Of a stretch of DNA of 64,000 nt, positions 1 to 13,616 are shown one piece after another; the stretch's first letter is position 1; each line of letters begins with the position of its first letter. The DNA is from Lepidodermella squamata (Eukaryota > Animalia > Gastrotricha): NCBI GenBank assembly GCA_047495785.1, contig JBLDXI010000054.1, forward strand, positions 2,294,001 through 2,358,000. Reading direction: 5' to 3'. The position numbers and the translations under genes were made by a program. Below the pieces are notes generated by a model. That model made no database searches and was not told where the DNA came from. It saw only the letters and a program-made list of their open reading frames with translations.

Positions 1-43
1 ATTTTGATTTGAAATTAAAATACACAAACAATTAGTGTCTCAC

Positions 44-2827
44 TCGGTTGAATACAAGCCCCCTCGCTGACCCATGTTCCATTATCCAAGCAAGCAATAA
101 TGTTCGTGCCTTCCAGCTCGAATCCTGACATGCAATTAAAAGTAGCGGTTATTGACTGGTATCCGGGGAGATCTCTTGAATTCGATCCGACGACGGCATT
201 CTCAGGGACAGGCACATCAGTTGGACAGGCTATGGTAAACAAATATAACGCAGGGTACTGAGCTGCAAAACAACTTACGAATCACGCATCGTCCTTTCAA
301 GCTCCAAGAATTTGTTGCAGTGATAAAGCAAACGTCGTGAGAGCCGATTAGAGAAAACCCGTCGTCGCAAATGATTGAACCACAGCACGAGTCGGGCGCA
401 TACTGGATCTTACCATGCGAAAGCCTCTTCGGCCTCGGGGTTAACACTAAAATATAATGAGCATAAATATATTTTAGTTTGGCTAGTTTAGCAAACTAGT
501 GGCGAACAACTCTTAAATTAAGGGTTCTAAATTTCGTTAAAAAGCCTACCTCTTAGTTTGACGATTTCGGCGCGTTCATCCCCACATCCACTTTGCGGCG
601 ACAGGCTCGAACAGCGACTAAACTTGGCGAATAACTGGACGAGTTTGTTGTAGCCAGCAGCCGATGCCCACTCAGAGGGCGAGTTTCCGTCTTCATCAGC
701 CTCGCATGTCGCATTGTATTTAGTTAGCAAGAGCTCGATCAGCGGGACGCAGTTTTGCTCAATCGCCATCCAGAGAAGTGTTTTGCCGCGTTGATTCTTA
801 TGAGACAGCGCAGATTTGAGTTGATCGGGGTTCAACCCAGATAGAAGAGAATCGATCATTTCAACGCCGTTGTCGTAACACCTCGCTGACTGATGAAGCA
901 TTGATCGGCTGGTTTCATCATCCTGGACAAGAGACGCGTAGTTTGAACGCGTAAACGCCTGGATTAGTTGGTTGTTTTCCGACTTCACCGCCAGCCCGAA
1001 TGGAGTGTCACCGTTCTTGTTTTTCTCTGTATGCAGGCCAGCGGAAGCTTCAAGCGAAAAAATGTTAGCAACCATTTCGGCATTTCCGTTCAAGACAGCT
1101 AGATGAAGGGCGTTGTCACCTGTGATTGAGTTGGGCAATTTTACGAGACTTGAATTAGCTTCAGCCAAAACCGAGAAGCATTGAGTCAGGTTTCTCTGAA
1201 CAGCAAGCAGCATCGGCGTGTTGCCTTTCGAATCAAATTTTGCCAGATCCATCGAACCGGCGAACTCTTTCAGAAAAGCAGCATGATTTCTCCCTACAGC
1301 CAGATGAGCCACCGTTTGATCCAGGCTGTTCACAGCCGATAAGTCAGCATTCCGTGTTTTAACAAGGTAACGAATGAATTCGATTGGCTTTCCTTCATCG
1401 ACAGCGACTAATAGAGGCGTCATACCAGTAGGACCTTCGAAGCCATCAGACGGCCAAGTTGGGAGGTTGATATCGCTGAAGCCAGCCTTCTCAAATAGAA
1501 AATCCACTGCTTCAATCGAGCTGGCGAGGTGCAATGCCGAATAGCCGCGAATATCGGTAACCCGGCTATCAATAGTGAACTCGTCATCAGTCAGCACCTT
1601 GGCGAAGGAGATGGCATTTGATGCGATCGCCGTTAGGAATGGAGTCCTGCCCATGCTATCCTTTTCATCAGCCAAGCCCGGGAATTTGGCGAGAAGCTTG
1701 CTAGCAATTTGCTTGCTGGTTGCATCACTTATTTTCATCGCACGTAAATCGGTGTCAGGCAGCAACGCCATGGCATGAAGAGCGTTGCCAACTTTAGAAA
1801 ACGCTTCGGCAGAATCTTCTATTTTCGCCTTGAGAAGCTCATCGAGAACGTTGATTTTCCTCAGGAATGCAGCAAGGTGTAGCAAAGAGCCGATGCCTTT
1901 CGAGATTTTCTGGCGATTAGCGGTCGTCAATTGGCATTGCAAGGCAACTGAGTTCGGCTTGTTTTGAAAGTACTTTCTAATGAAAATGAAGAAGCCCTTT
2001 CGCACGGCATAGCAGAGTGGGGTGTCACCATTTTCATCCTTGGCTGTAGCGTCGAAGCTAGAGGAAGCTACGCTGCTGCTCAGCCAGTTTTCGTAATTGC
2101 TCGCAGCAATCATGTGGGAGGTTGAGAATGTACCAGGCCGAGCAGATCTTGCTTCAAGAGTTTCTGTCAACATCGCAATTAGATTTTTCTTGCCAAGTTT
2201 GACTGCCAGAGATAATGCCAAATCGCCATTAGCATCCATGTGAAATCGATCAGCCTTTTTATCGAGAAGAAGCTGAACGATTTTTTCCGCATTGGGTGAA
2301 GTAGATTTAACAGCGTAAAACAACGGAGTTTGACCTTGATCTTGAACTGCATCCAGCATTTCCACGGACGCGAGGCTGAGTTTTTCGGCCTGATTAAGCA
2401 GCTTCTCAACAACACCAAAATGACCCCTGAGACAAGCCAGGTGAATGGGCTGTTCGCTTTTCTTGTTCTTCGCGGTAACGAGACTTGGGGTAGCTTCGGC
2501 AAGGAGCAGCTCCGCAACATCCGATGCGCCATGGAGAGCCGCAAGGTGAAGAAGAGTGTCGCCGTTCAATTTCCTCAAATCTTCAAACCGATGTGAACCA
2601 TACTGTTGATCAGTCGCGACCTTCTTGAATTCTACGACTGAATTTCGTCGTATTATCGGTTCGAGTACAGAAAGAAGCTCTTCGATGCTATTGATGGCTG
2701 GAGCTGGGCTTATCGAGTTTTCTTGTTTCAGTTTGTCGATGTTAGAGTCAGTCAGGTAGTCAGGGTAGTCAGGGTTGGCACCGCTGGATACCGCACTCAC
2801 GGCAGCCAGCAATATCAAGATTTTCAT
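44..2827 (-). CDS. Secreted ankyrin-repeat + CCP/sushi protein, paralog 1 (runs off the left edge)
   Basis: ATG at 2827 gives signal peptide MKILILLAAVSAVSSG. Exon 1 (2827-550) holds about 18 ANK repeats (GDTLLHLAA, GQTPLFYA, GDNALHLA...). GT-AG phase-1 introns lead to CCP exons 446-279 (IICDDGFSLIGS...WSLKGRC) and 229-44 (CP...FNCMSGFELEG...C...GTW...C). Confidence 0.88.
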
Positions 2828-3859
2828 ATGTAAGTAAATTATTTTGTATTTTGTATCGAGTAAGAAAGATGTCCTACAATATGAAAAAAGAAATTGTTGA
2901 ATAATTGTTGAACTCAATTTCAACAACAGACAATATCAATACTATCAATAATGCCAAGCTGCTTTTTATTATCAGGGCGGGGAGGTAATAGATGCGGGAA
3001 TTCGGCATAAGTATTAAAAGAGGTTAGAAAAATAATTTGGCTTGGAAATTCTGGCTTCGCCGCAGCACAATTACATCACTCATGATTAAATGACAAGCAA
3101 TAAAAATTATAATGTGATAGATTTTGATTGTTTACAGGGCGTTCGCGTGATAATACTCTGGGTGAGCTAAAAATAGCTACAAAAAAAACTAAAATGCATG
3201 CAAAAAGTAGCAAAGCTATTTTTAGAAGAGTATTATTACGCGAACACCCTGTAGAATGGGATGAATATTGCTTGGTGAAATCGGTTGACATAGCAGAATG
3301 AAAACCCAGCAGAATGAAATTGGGTAGAAATTTGCCAAATTTGCAGTGTTGAAGTTTCACCTCAAATGCCTTTTAAGCTAGAAATATGAAACATTGAGCT
3401 GGCAAATTTTAATTAATGACTGATAATGTCACAAATGTCGCCTTGCTGAAACACGTGTCACAAAAATATCGCGTGGATTGGTAAACATAATTTCAGGTTA
3501 ACATAGCAGCTGGTCATCAACAAATTGCTGATTTAATATTAATCTTTTGATAGACATTGTCTAGTTAATGAAAAGCAGCGACTTGCCACCTATGCCAACT
3601 GTGAATCTGGAAATATCCTGCCAGGAAAAATCAAGGTTTAAGGATGAAAAATCCAAGTTACCAGTGGAGTCCACACTTCATATTTTTAAGATTTTTTATT
3701 CCTCATTCTGATTTCTTAACAAAAAAGCTCCGATTTTCCAAGTTTCATCGTGATTTTCAGGTTTCGTTTCCATCAACACAACGTTTAATCGCGTTTATTA
3801 ACAAGAAAAGGCCATGGTTAGTATTTATATTTATATCATATTCGAGGCCTGCTCCCCTT

Positions 3860-6249
3860 TCAAGACCCTCGGCCGCTAGCGCTAGCTAAAATAGCAGCAT
3901 CCGTCAAGTCGCAGACATAAGTGTCATAGCTATGATCATCGATGCATTGCTCTGACCAGTGGGCAATCGCAAAAACACATGAGCACGTGCTTGCTCGACC
4001 GCAGTTGTAAAACCGCGACTCGTTCCTATTAGAGCCAGATCCACACTCAGACTCAAACAACCGCCCAGCGGAGCATTTGCAATCTTCCAATAAATTATAC
4101 CTGGAGCGAACATGCATGCTCCTGAGCAGCTCATATTCAATTGCTTCGTTTCGAGGCGACAATTGCCGGGCGAAAAACAGCGGTGTCTTGCCGTCATTGG
4201 TTTTCGCAATCACGTCAGCCCCCCTCGACAGCAATAACTTCACAGTATCGACGTGGCCTTTCCTAACTGCATGCATCAATGCCGTTCGACCATCATTTCT
4301 TCTAAAATCTACATTCGCTCCTTTATCAAGCAGCAGTTTTACGTTATTTGTCCTGCCATTCCAAGCCGCATCGAAGAGTGGCGCTGCGCCGTCACTCGTT
4401 TCTTTCACATTAGGATCAGCCCCGCGGTCCAGCAACAGTTTCAAATTATTCTCATAGAACGAAGAAGCGGCGATGTGCAACGGCGCGCAGCCGTACGTGC
4501 TCTCTAACGCATGGATATCAGCACCGTAATCCAGAATAACTTTTATCAAGTCACTAGGAGCGTCAGCTAGGAGAGCTCGATGGAGAACTGTGAACTCTGA
4601 CATTTGATAACCGGTGGTTATATTATCCGGGCATCGCCAGTTAACGTCAAGACCCAGAGACAGCAAGCGCTTGACCTCTGATGTGTTATAAGCGACAGCT
4701 GCATCAATTAATTGCCTTTGAAGGGTTACATTCACCTAGAAAAAGACCAATCCATTAAAGAGATTCGTTAGATAACGGAACATACCGATTTCTGTTGAAA
4801 AGTTACTGCTTTCTGTTGCAAAAGCCTTATTATTGTTGCATCTACTTTGTTTTCTTCGGCAAAATCAAGAGCATTCTGTCCAGTGCTTTTTCTGATAAAC
4901 TTGTCTGCACCCCGCTTGATAAGCAATTCTACAATTTTAGTCGCTCCACATGCGGCTGCTTCAATGAGAGGCGTTGCGCCGTCGGATCGCAAGGCATTGA
5001 TGTTAGCACCAGCATCGAGTAGAGCATTGACCACGTCCTCGTTACGGGACCACGCTGCATAATGTATAGCCGCATTTCCGTCCTCATCAGTCTCGCCAAT
5101 GTCAGATACGCGTGGGATGAGAGCTTTCACAGCATTTACGTCACCGACTGCCGACGCCCTGCGAAGACGAGCGCCCAAAGTTGTACCCTGATGAAGAAAC
5201 AATTTCTCAAACCTATTAAAATTTGTTAATGATCAAGTTACATTATCTGGCCATATTTCCTTCAAAGTTTCTGTTTGACCTGCCCTTGTAGCCATATCGA
5301 GTGCTGATGCACCTTCCGGATACCGAAGTTTCCGAATAGATGTGTCGGCTTCTCGTTCCATTAGCACCTTGGCAACCGCTGGCGCACCATACCAGGCAGC
5401 TTCTATCAAGGCTGAGGCACCGTCAGTTCGCAAGGCATTAACGCTAACGCCAGCATCAAGCAAAGCGGCTACAACGGCGGCGTGATTTCGCTGCGCGGCT
5501 TTGTGTATCGCCATATTGCCATCCGAATCTCGCCACGTCAGATCAACGTTAGGCATTGAAATCAAGCGTTTAACTTCATTCAAGTCGCCGCTCCCAGCAG
5601 CTTCAATCAGGGCATTTCGAATTTTGGCTAGTGGCAAAGTTGTAGTCGGGGTGCTTTTCGTCGTTGTAGGAGCCAATGTAGGAGCGACTGTTGGAACTGA
5701 AATAGGAGCTTATATTTAGTAGATCTGGGCAAATAAATCATTGCACCCACCCTCGAACTACCTAACTTTAGCCTTCCATCTTTGCAAAAGGTTTGGAATT
5801 TCATGAAAATGTACCTCTAGGTTTGAATATTTCGTTGCGCGGCTGGCTGGAACAGCGTTCAAAATTGGCGAATAACTGTACGAGTTTGGTATAGCCAGCT
5901 GCAGATGCCCATTGTAATGGAAAGTTCCCGTCCTTATCAGCCTCGCATGGCGCTTTGTATTTAGTTAGTAAGAGCTCGACCATCGGGACGCAATTTTTCT
6001 CGATCGCCATCCAGAGAAGTGTTTTGTCATGCTGATTCTTCCGAGATAACGCTGTATTCAATTGAATGGGGCTCAAACCGGATAGCACGGCATCTACTAT
6101 GTTCACGCAAGTGTCGAAACACCCTTCAATTGGCTGAGTTGAGTTCATCGAGTTTAGCTGTTCGATGTTTGACCAGTGTTGTCTCTTGACCGCGGATTTA
6201 TATCGCTGGACACCATGCTCACGGCAGCAAGCAATATTAATATTTTCAT
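3860..6249 (-). pseudogene. Paralog 2 of the ANK family: internally deleted, frameshifted first exon, then Thr linker, 3 ANK modules and a Cys-rich tail
   Basis: Signal peptide MKILILLAAVSMVSSD is nearly identical to paralog 1. The frame shifts near 6190-6170, and homology jumps from the N-terminus (SNIEQL...) straight to the last repeats (CFD...KTLLWMAIEKNC). Downstream exons 5696-5242, 5187-4807 and 4735-3860 are open and splice in frame. Confidence 0.7.
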
Positions 6250-7310
6250 GACTAATTTTGTATCGAATTTCACTGTTCTCGTTTCCGGTTCTATAACACA
6301 AAGCAGCAGTAGAGGTAGAGAAAACATTAAACCGAAGATCAAAGATGAGTTTTACAATCGTACTAAGCTGTTTCTTCTATGCTTAAGTTTCAAAGCGCGT
6401 TATCCAGCATTGACCGACGGAGGAACGGATGGGAGTTCACCATATAGACGAATACGATTATTCAACAGTTGGAGTCAAAGCCTCTCTGGAAGGTTTAGAG
6501 TTGACGCGATAGCCCACTTTCGTAAAATAACATCTGAGAAGCGATCTGGTACTACATCGTTTTCAAAGTCATTTATAAATACGCATGATTTTTCAGGAAT
6601 TTTTCAGGAATTTTCCCTCGTTATTTTTAAGAATTTCATAATTTCGCAGTATTATTCCTCTGCAATGTCCTGATAAGACAGTCAAGTTTCTTGTATTGAA
6701 TTACTTTTTTGTCTCGAGGTTCACTTGAGCGCGGCTCGCGGCATTTTTTCCGACCCCGTTGACTACGGCAGAAAAACAGCAGACGAGACATTCCCATGCC
6801 TACTCCAACAGGTGGTAACCGTGCCCCATCTTTAAATGAACACCGATCATACGGTCTTGTATCTCGGTCTGAACTTTCGATTCGACTGTTGCCAGCCACG
6901 TATGGGACTGTGAAATGCCATTCAATTTCGTTCTAAGACTCAGTCGCCCGATTTTAGGCTTTTTAGAAAAGAGTGTGGTCACTCTTTGAAATTTACCCTG
7001 GATTATAAATTTTTATCATGGCATGCAACTATGCCAAGCTTCACGATGGAACTCAATCATGACTATGTGTTTTGTGCTCTAAAATGTGATGTACCATGTC
7101 GTGAATTATTTTATAAAGAGTGACCTTCGCTCCCAAATGTAACTGTTTTTCAAGATGTCGCTTCACCTAGAGCACACGACCTTACAGCACGCGCCATACG
7201 TTCGGCAAAATGGTGCCGAAAGCAATTCGTAAAATCGTTTCATTCTCATTTTCAATTTCATCATTTTTATTACATCGAATTTTTAACCTTTACTACTTGA
7301 AGTTTTATTC

Positions 7311-10300
7311 ATGAGGGCTTTGTTACTGTTGGCGGCGCTAAGCGCTGCCTATGCTTCAGATGTAGACACCACAGAGCAACTGACTACAACACCTGAAGCG
7401 GCTCTCATCAATGAGCAAGCCTTCTCGGCTCTCGAAGCGGCGATTAAAGCTGATTCGGTTTCTGACCTCAAAGAAACAGCTCTTCAACAATACGGTGAAT
7501 CATTCAAGCTGAATGAATTGAAGAAATCAAACGGAGACTCGCCGCTTCACATCGCTGCGTTACACGGCGCGATAAAGGTTGTCGAATTTCTGCTCGATGA
7601 AATCAGCGTTCCTGTTACAGTGAAGAACGAACGCGGTGAACTTCCGATTCATCTCGCATGTCTCAATGGTCACTTGCAAGTTGTCGAGCGGCTGGTCAGT
7701 CAATCAGAGAAGCTGAACTTGGCACCGAACCAAATGCTTGACGCTGTTCAAAATCGAAACCAAACTCCGTTGTTCTATGCCGCGAGAGCCCTTTCGGAGA
7801 AAGTTGTTCGATTTCTTCTCGACAAGAAGGCCGATCGTTATCACATGGATCTTCATGGCGATTTCGCCTTGTCATCCGTTCTGAAAAAAGGCGACGGGAG
7901 CTTGGTCAAGCTGCTTAGCTCTGTTGATGGCGATGAGAAGCTCAGTTCAGTCACGATGTCTCACGTGGCTGCCGCGAGTAACTACATCGCATTCTTGGAT
8001 GATCAATCCGCTTTCGACGCCACTGTCAAGGATGAAAATGGTGATACTCCACTCTGTTTTGCCGTCCGAAAGGGCAATGCTGGTTTTATCAAAACGTTTT
8101 TCAAGAAAGCGCCGCATATGGTTGATTCTAGATCGCTGCAGTGTCAATACACGATTTCGAATCGAGATCCCGTTTCTAAGTCAATGGGCGTCGGTTCTCT
8201 TCTCCACTTGGCGTCGTTTCTACGAAAGCTCAACATTATCGATCTGCTGATCGAGGCTGATTTCACTGTTACTGGCGAAGATCAATATGGCGGCAATCCG
8301 ATTCATGCAATGGCTTTGCTGACTGAAACAGGCGCTGCTAAGTTGGAAATCACAACTGCTGATCATGAAAAGACGCTGCGAAGGCTCGATTTCGGTACTT
8401 ACGGCCTCATTGAAGAGAAAGACCGTTTCGGCAGGACTCCTTTCTTGCTGGCCGTATCGTCGGATTCAATCTCGTTCGCAAAAATTCTGGCCAATGAAGA
8501 ATTCCGAGCTCATAAAGTTGCTGTAGAACATCGTGGCTACTCAGCTCTTCATCTAGCAAAATCGATTGCTATGTACGACTATCTATTTTCATTCGCTGAA
8601 TTCAAAGACGTGAATGTCCGATCTGTGGTTGAGGACGAAGGCCCCAGTGGTATGACGCCTGTTCTGGTCGCGATTGCTGAGTCTAAGCCGATTGAGCTGA
8701 TTCGATATCTAGTCAAAACCCGCAATGCTGATTTGACTGCTTCGAACTCTCTGGAGCAAACTGCGGCTCATTTGGCAGTTCAATCGAACTTCGTTGCATT
8801 TCTTGAAGAATTCGCTGGTTCTCTGGAGCTGAAGACATTCGACTCGAAGGGTTACACGCCTCTGCTGGCTGCCATCGCTGCGAACCGATCGGAGATTGTT
8901 GATATTCTTCTAAAGTCGGATGTTAACCTGCTTTCCAAGGCGAATTCGTTGACTGGCGATAATGCTCTTCACCTGGCAGTTTCGATTGGCAATTCTAAGA
9001 TTCTAGCGTCGATTCTAGCAGCAGCAGCCTCTTCTGAGTTGGTATCCCTGCCTAATGAAAAAGGCAAAACCCCGCTTAGGCTGGCAATCGAAACTCGGAA
9101 ACAGGACGTCATTCAAGCCGTAGTATTCCAAGGTGGTTCGAGCTCTTTCCTGGATATCGAAGACTTCAGCAAATCTCTCCTTCATGAATCAGCGAGGTGT
9201 TTCGATGACGGCGTTAACATGGTCAATTACTTGCTGTCTAATTTGAACGATGAGCAACGTAAAGCGGCTCTTGAGCGTAAGAACGAGCATGGCAAAACGC
9301 TGTTCTGGACTGCTGAACTTCTGAACAGAATTGTGTTCCTTTGGCTAGCCTCTTGCTTCGTGAGTACAACGATGTGTGTGAGCCTGATGCTGATGGTGAC
9401 TCGCCTGTTCAATGGGCCACTGCGGCTGGTTTCAAGAAGATGGCTAAGCTCCTGTCGAAATTCGAGCGTTGCACGGGTCAATCAGAGCAAATGGTATGCT
9501 CCAATGACAGCGCTGAAATTGCTAGGCAACGAGGTACAATTTTATTAGCATCTCTGAAGTTCATCTAGGAAACTTTCAAACAACTATTTTCGAATTTTTT
9601 AATTTTATATTAAAAAATGATTTCTTAAACTTACAAATTATTCACAAATGATTTCTAATTTTTTTATTTTTCAATTTTTCAAAACTTTTTTGCTTATAGA
9701 CTCAATGCCCTATATTTTGAAAATCATAGAAATTAATTATTTTCAAATTTAAAAAATTAGTCTTCCAATTTTTGCAGCAAATGTTGAATTTAAGCTTTTT
9801 GAATTTATTTTGCCGACAATCAAGTCATCAGCTTGTTAAATTTGCTCACAGTTTTGACGCCGAAGCCGAAAAAGGTATCACACGGTCAGATCAAATACCC
9901 GAAAGACAGCTGCTGCGGTTTCATCACTTGCGACGAGGGCTACATGCTGATTGGCTCGAGCGAAGTTTGTTTCAGTGAAATGTCAAATTATTGGGTATCA
10001 AGCGGTCGCTGCTCCTTGGGTAAGCAGGCTTTTATAGCAAAAATTTGCAATAATATGTGCATTTTCTATTCCGCAGCATGCCGCGAAAAATTCACGCTAC
10101 CTATCAACGCCGAGGCGGAAACCTTCGAAGAGTCACCGACAAAAATTGTCTTCAGCTGCAAGCCTGGATTCGACCTCGAAGGAACGAATACTATTGTTTG
10201 CAAAGATGACGGCACCTGGTCTGCTTTGGGAAGCTGTGTCCAGCTGAGTAAGAACATTTTGCATGATGTTATTTTTAGGTCAACGTTTATTGCCAAAGTT

Positions 10301-13300
10301 CCATAGTGGATTTTTATTATAAGTTTGCAATTATTAAAAATTCAAAATTTCGATTTTATTGTTTAAATCCGACATTGATTTTGATTTTTGAATGTTAAAA
10401 TTTTACTCGTGAACTTTTTTAAACAATTTCTATTTTCTCAAGAATAATTCAAAATAAATAAATATTGATTACTTTAGCTTGCAAGGACCAAATCGTCACC
10501 CCGGCAAACGCCGGACTTCTTCAGCAACCGCAATACCCCGCCCCTCTTGGAACTTCAGTTACATTCGAGTGCAACGAGGACTTCGTTCTTCAGGGCTCAA
10601 ACACTATCACCTGCCTCGAGCTCGGTGCTTGGTCTGAATCTGGAAAATGCGTTAAAGGTATTTGATGGATAAGCTACATAAGGAGTTTTACATGTTTATG
10701 TTTTCACAGAGGAAAAGCTTGGCTGTGGCAAAGTGCCTGAGGTTACAAATGGGAAAATCGCATGGGAGGCGGCTAATACGGAGTATAATAAATACGGAGT
10801 GTTTGCTACGGGAACAGTCTTCTCGATCACTTGCGAAGCTGGCTATAAGCTGCACGGCCCTAACTTCATCTTGTGCCGAGCGGATCGCACTTGGTCAGAA
10901 GCCGGCATTTGCTCATTGATCGGTTTGTTTTCCGCCATTCCTCAATTTAAGATTCATTCAATTGTTTCGACTTCAACAGGATCATGCTCCGTGCCTGAAA
11001 TTCCGTATGGTACGTTTGTCGACACTTTCGGACGAGAAGTGCCAGCAAAGGAAAATTTGAAGCCGGATTCTTCGATTATCCTTCAATGCAAACTTGGCTA
11101 TGAAGTCGTTGGCGGATCAACCGCCTCAATCTGTGCTGACAACTCCACCTGGGCTCCCGAGTTCGGGCAATGCGCCAAGAAAGTAAGCACTTGCTGTTTT
11201 TATTATAATATCGCTTACTATTTTAATACAGGACGTGTCTAAGGAACAGCAACAGCTTATTCAGGCTGCCATTGATGGTAACATTGATCAAGTAAACCAA
11301 CTGCTCGATCTCGGTTATTTGAACATCGACTGGCGGGACGAAAGCAAACGCACCAGCTTCTCGATCATCAACGGCACCGCCCTGCATCTGGCTCTTGCTT
11401 CGAACGCCCCAATCGAACTCGTCCGCGCGCTTGTTACCAAAGGCCACGCCAATGTTAACATTAAGGAGGACAGCTTCGACTTCACGCCTCTTGGACTCGC
11501 TTCAGCTGTTTGCAGCGTCGATGTCGTGAAGTTCTTGCTCGAACAAGGGGCTTGCCTCGATTGTAAAACCGATCGCCTCGGCTCAACTGCTCTAATTATA
11601 GCCGCGGGAAGTGGTCAACTTGAAACTGTTAAATTCCTGGTTGAACAAGGCGCTGATGTCCATGCCAAGAAGACTGATGGCGATTCTGCTTTAACTGCCG
11701 CGATCAAGTTCAAGCGTGCTGAAATTGCCAAGTTCCTCATCGGCAAGGGAGCTAATGTTTACGAGGTTGCTACGGAAGATCGAAGTGCCATTGTTCCAAC
11801 TGATGAGCTGTCCGAAGTTTTCCAGCAGATCGAATCGATCAAAACTACCACAACTACGGTAGGATTGAAATATTGAGATGAATTTTGCACATTCCTCTTG
11901 TTCAGACTACAACCACCACTATTCCGATCGTGGTGATTCAGCAGCAACTTGTCGATGCGGCTGCTATCGGTGATCTGGCTGAGGTCAAACGTCTTCTCTC
12001 TTCTCGCAACGTCGATCTTCACTGGCTGAGCGCGGAAGGCAAAATGGCTATCCACAAGGCTGCTGCGAACAATTATGCACAAGCTGTCGACGAGCTCCTG
12101 ATCGAGGGCGCCAATATCGATGGTTTGACTTTCGACAAATCAACACCGTTGATTGAAGCTGTTGCTAACGACGCCGTTATGGTTGCTACGCTGCTTGTCA
12201 ACCGTGGTGCGAACGTCGCGATGAAGAGGTTGGATGGTCTTTCAGCGATTGACATTGCCCTTAGGGCCGGGAAAATCGAGCTCGTCAAGATTTTATGGCC
12301 GGCTGATGAGGTTTGATTTCATTTATGATTCGAATTTTTGCTATATTTCACTTTTTCAATAGAATGCGACTGGGAATAAGAAGCTCCTTAGAGCCGCTGC
12401 GATTGGCGATTTTGACGCTGTGAAGAAGTTGCTTGAGACCGGTATCGATGCTGGCAGTACGGACGAAAACGGCAATGCCGCCATTCATTACGCGGTTTGG
12501 TCTCGAAACGCTAATATAGTCGCGGCTCTGTTGGATGGCACTGCCAACATCGACGCCCAGCGATCTGACGGCTCTACGGCTCTGGTCGATGCGACATCGG
12601 CCGGAATTGCCCCTATCATCAAGTTGCTCGTCGATCGTGAAGCTGACAGGTCGATTCAAACTAATTCAGGGAAAACAGCGCTCGACATTGCCGTCGAAAA
12701 TAAGCGGACAGATTTCATCACAATCCTGGAACAAGGCTCTGTATGCTATTTTATCAGAAAAAGCTTGTGATTATCGCATTTTCCCCTGTAGCTTATCATC
12801 GCGGCTGCTGATGGCAATTTGGAAGAGATTGAACGGCTACTACATCTTGGCGTTGACGTTAACTGGCGCAATCCCACGGCTCTGGATCACGAAACCTGGA
12901 AAATCACCAACTACACTGCCCTGCACCGGGCTCTTGTCGCCAATGCGGATATTGAAGTGATCGAAAAGCTGTTGAATGCGAAGGCCGATATCAACGCTGC
13001 AGAATCTAGATACCGCGCGAAGCCCGTTCACATTGCTGCTGCTAGTAGCCGCGAGGAAAACCTTCGCGAGTTGGTCGGACGTGGAGCTGAGCCGAACGCG
13101 AAACAAGTCGACGGGTCGACCCCGCTCTACGAAGCGGCCTTCAGCGGACGGTACACAATTGCTGAGTTTTTGCTATCGAGTGGCGCAGATATCGAAGCCA
13201 AGCGCAATGACGGGGAAACTGCGCTGATGGCTGCGATCAAAACCAATAACGTCGAGGTTGCGAAGCTGCTTCTCAATAAAACGTCGAATATCATCGCAAG

Positions 13301-13616
13301 ATCGTTGTCCGGTTCGACGCCGATCAGCCTTGCGAAGAAACTGAATCCGCCAAATGAAGGTGAGGAAATGGTCTACCTCGTCCTGAGTAAAATGCAAGAG
13401 ACTGGCAAGTACAACAAGCAGATTGAGTGCGAGTGTTCCAAAGGCGAAGCCTGGACCCAGCAATGTAAAGCAGTCGAGGATCGCACTTCCAAAGACCCGA
13501 CCCGCTTCTACGCCTGTGGCAAGCCGTACAAATGTTCTTGCCTTTTCGCCATTGCGTACTACGATGAGAACTGCCCCCCTGGAGAAGACAGCACCTACGT
13601 CTGTGATCTGGAATAG
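7311..13616 (+). CDS. Paralog 3: signal peptide, about 18 ANK, 5 CCP, 4 ANK modules and an 8-Cys C-terminal domain (one frameshift at about 9315-9322 in this sequence)
   Basis: Signal peptide MRALLLLAALSAAYA. Inferred exons 7311-9533, 9852-10019, 10077-10247, 10478-10657, 10710-10922, 10980-11182, 11232-11858, 11906-12310, 12363-12740, 12792-13616, all with GT-AG introns and compatible phases. Confidence 0.82.

Noticed and set aside
6636-6899. ORF containing LPPVGVGMGMSRLLFF, reminiscent of class II aminoacyl-tRNA synthetase motif 3
   Set aside because: Short, with no other synthetase motifs or spliceable neighbours; likely chance in the divergent promoter region between paralogs 2 and 3.
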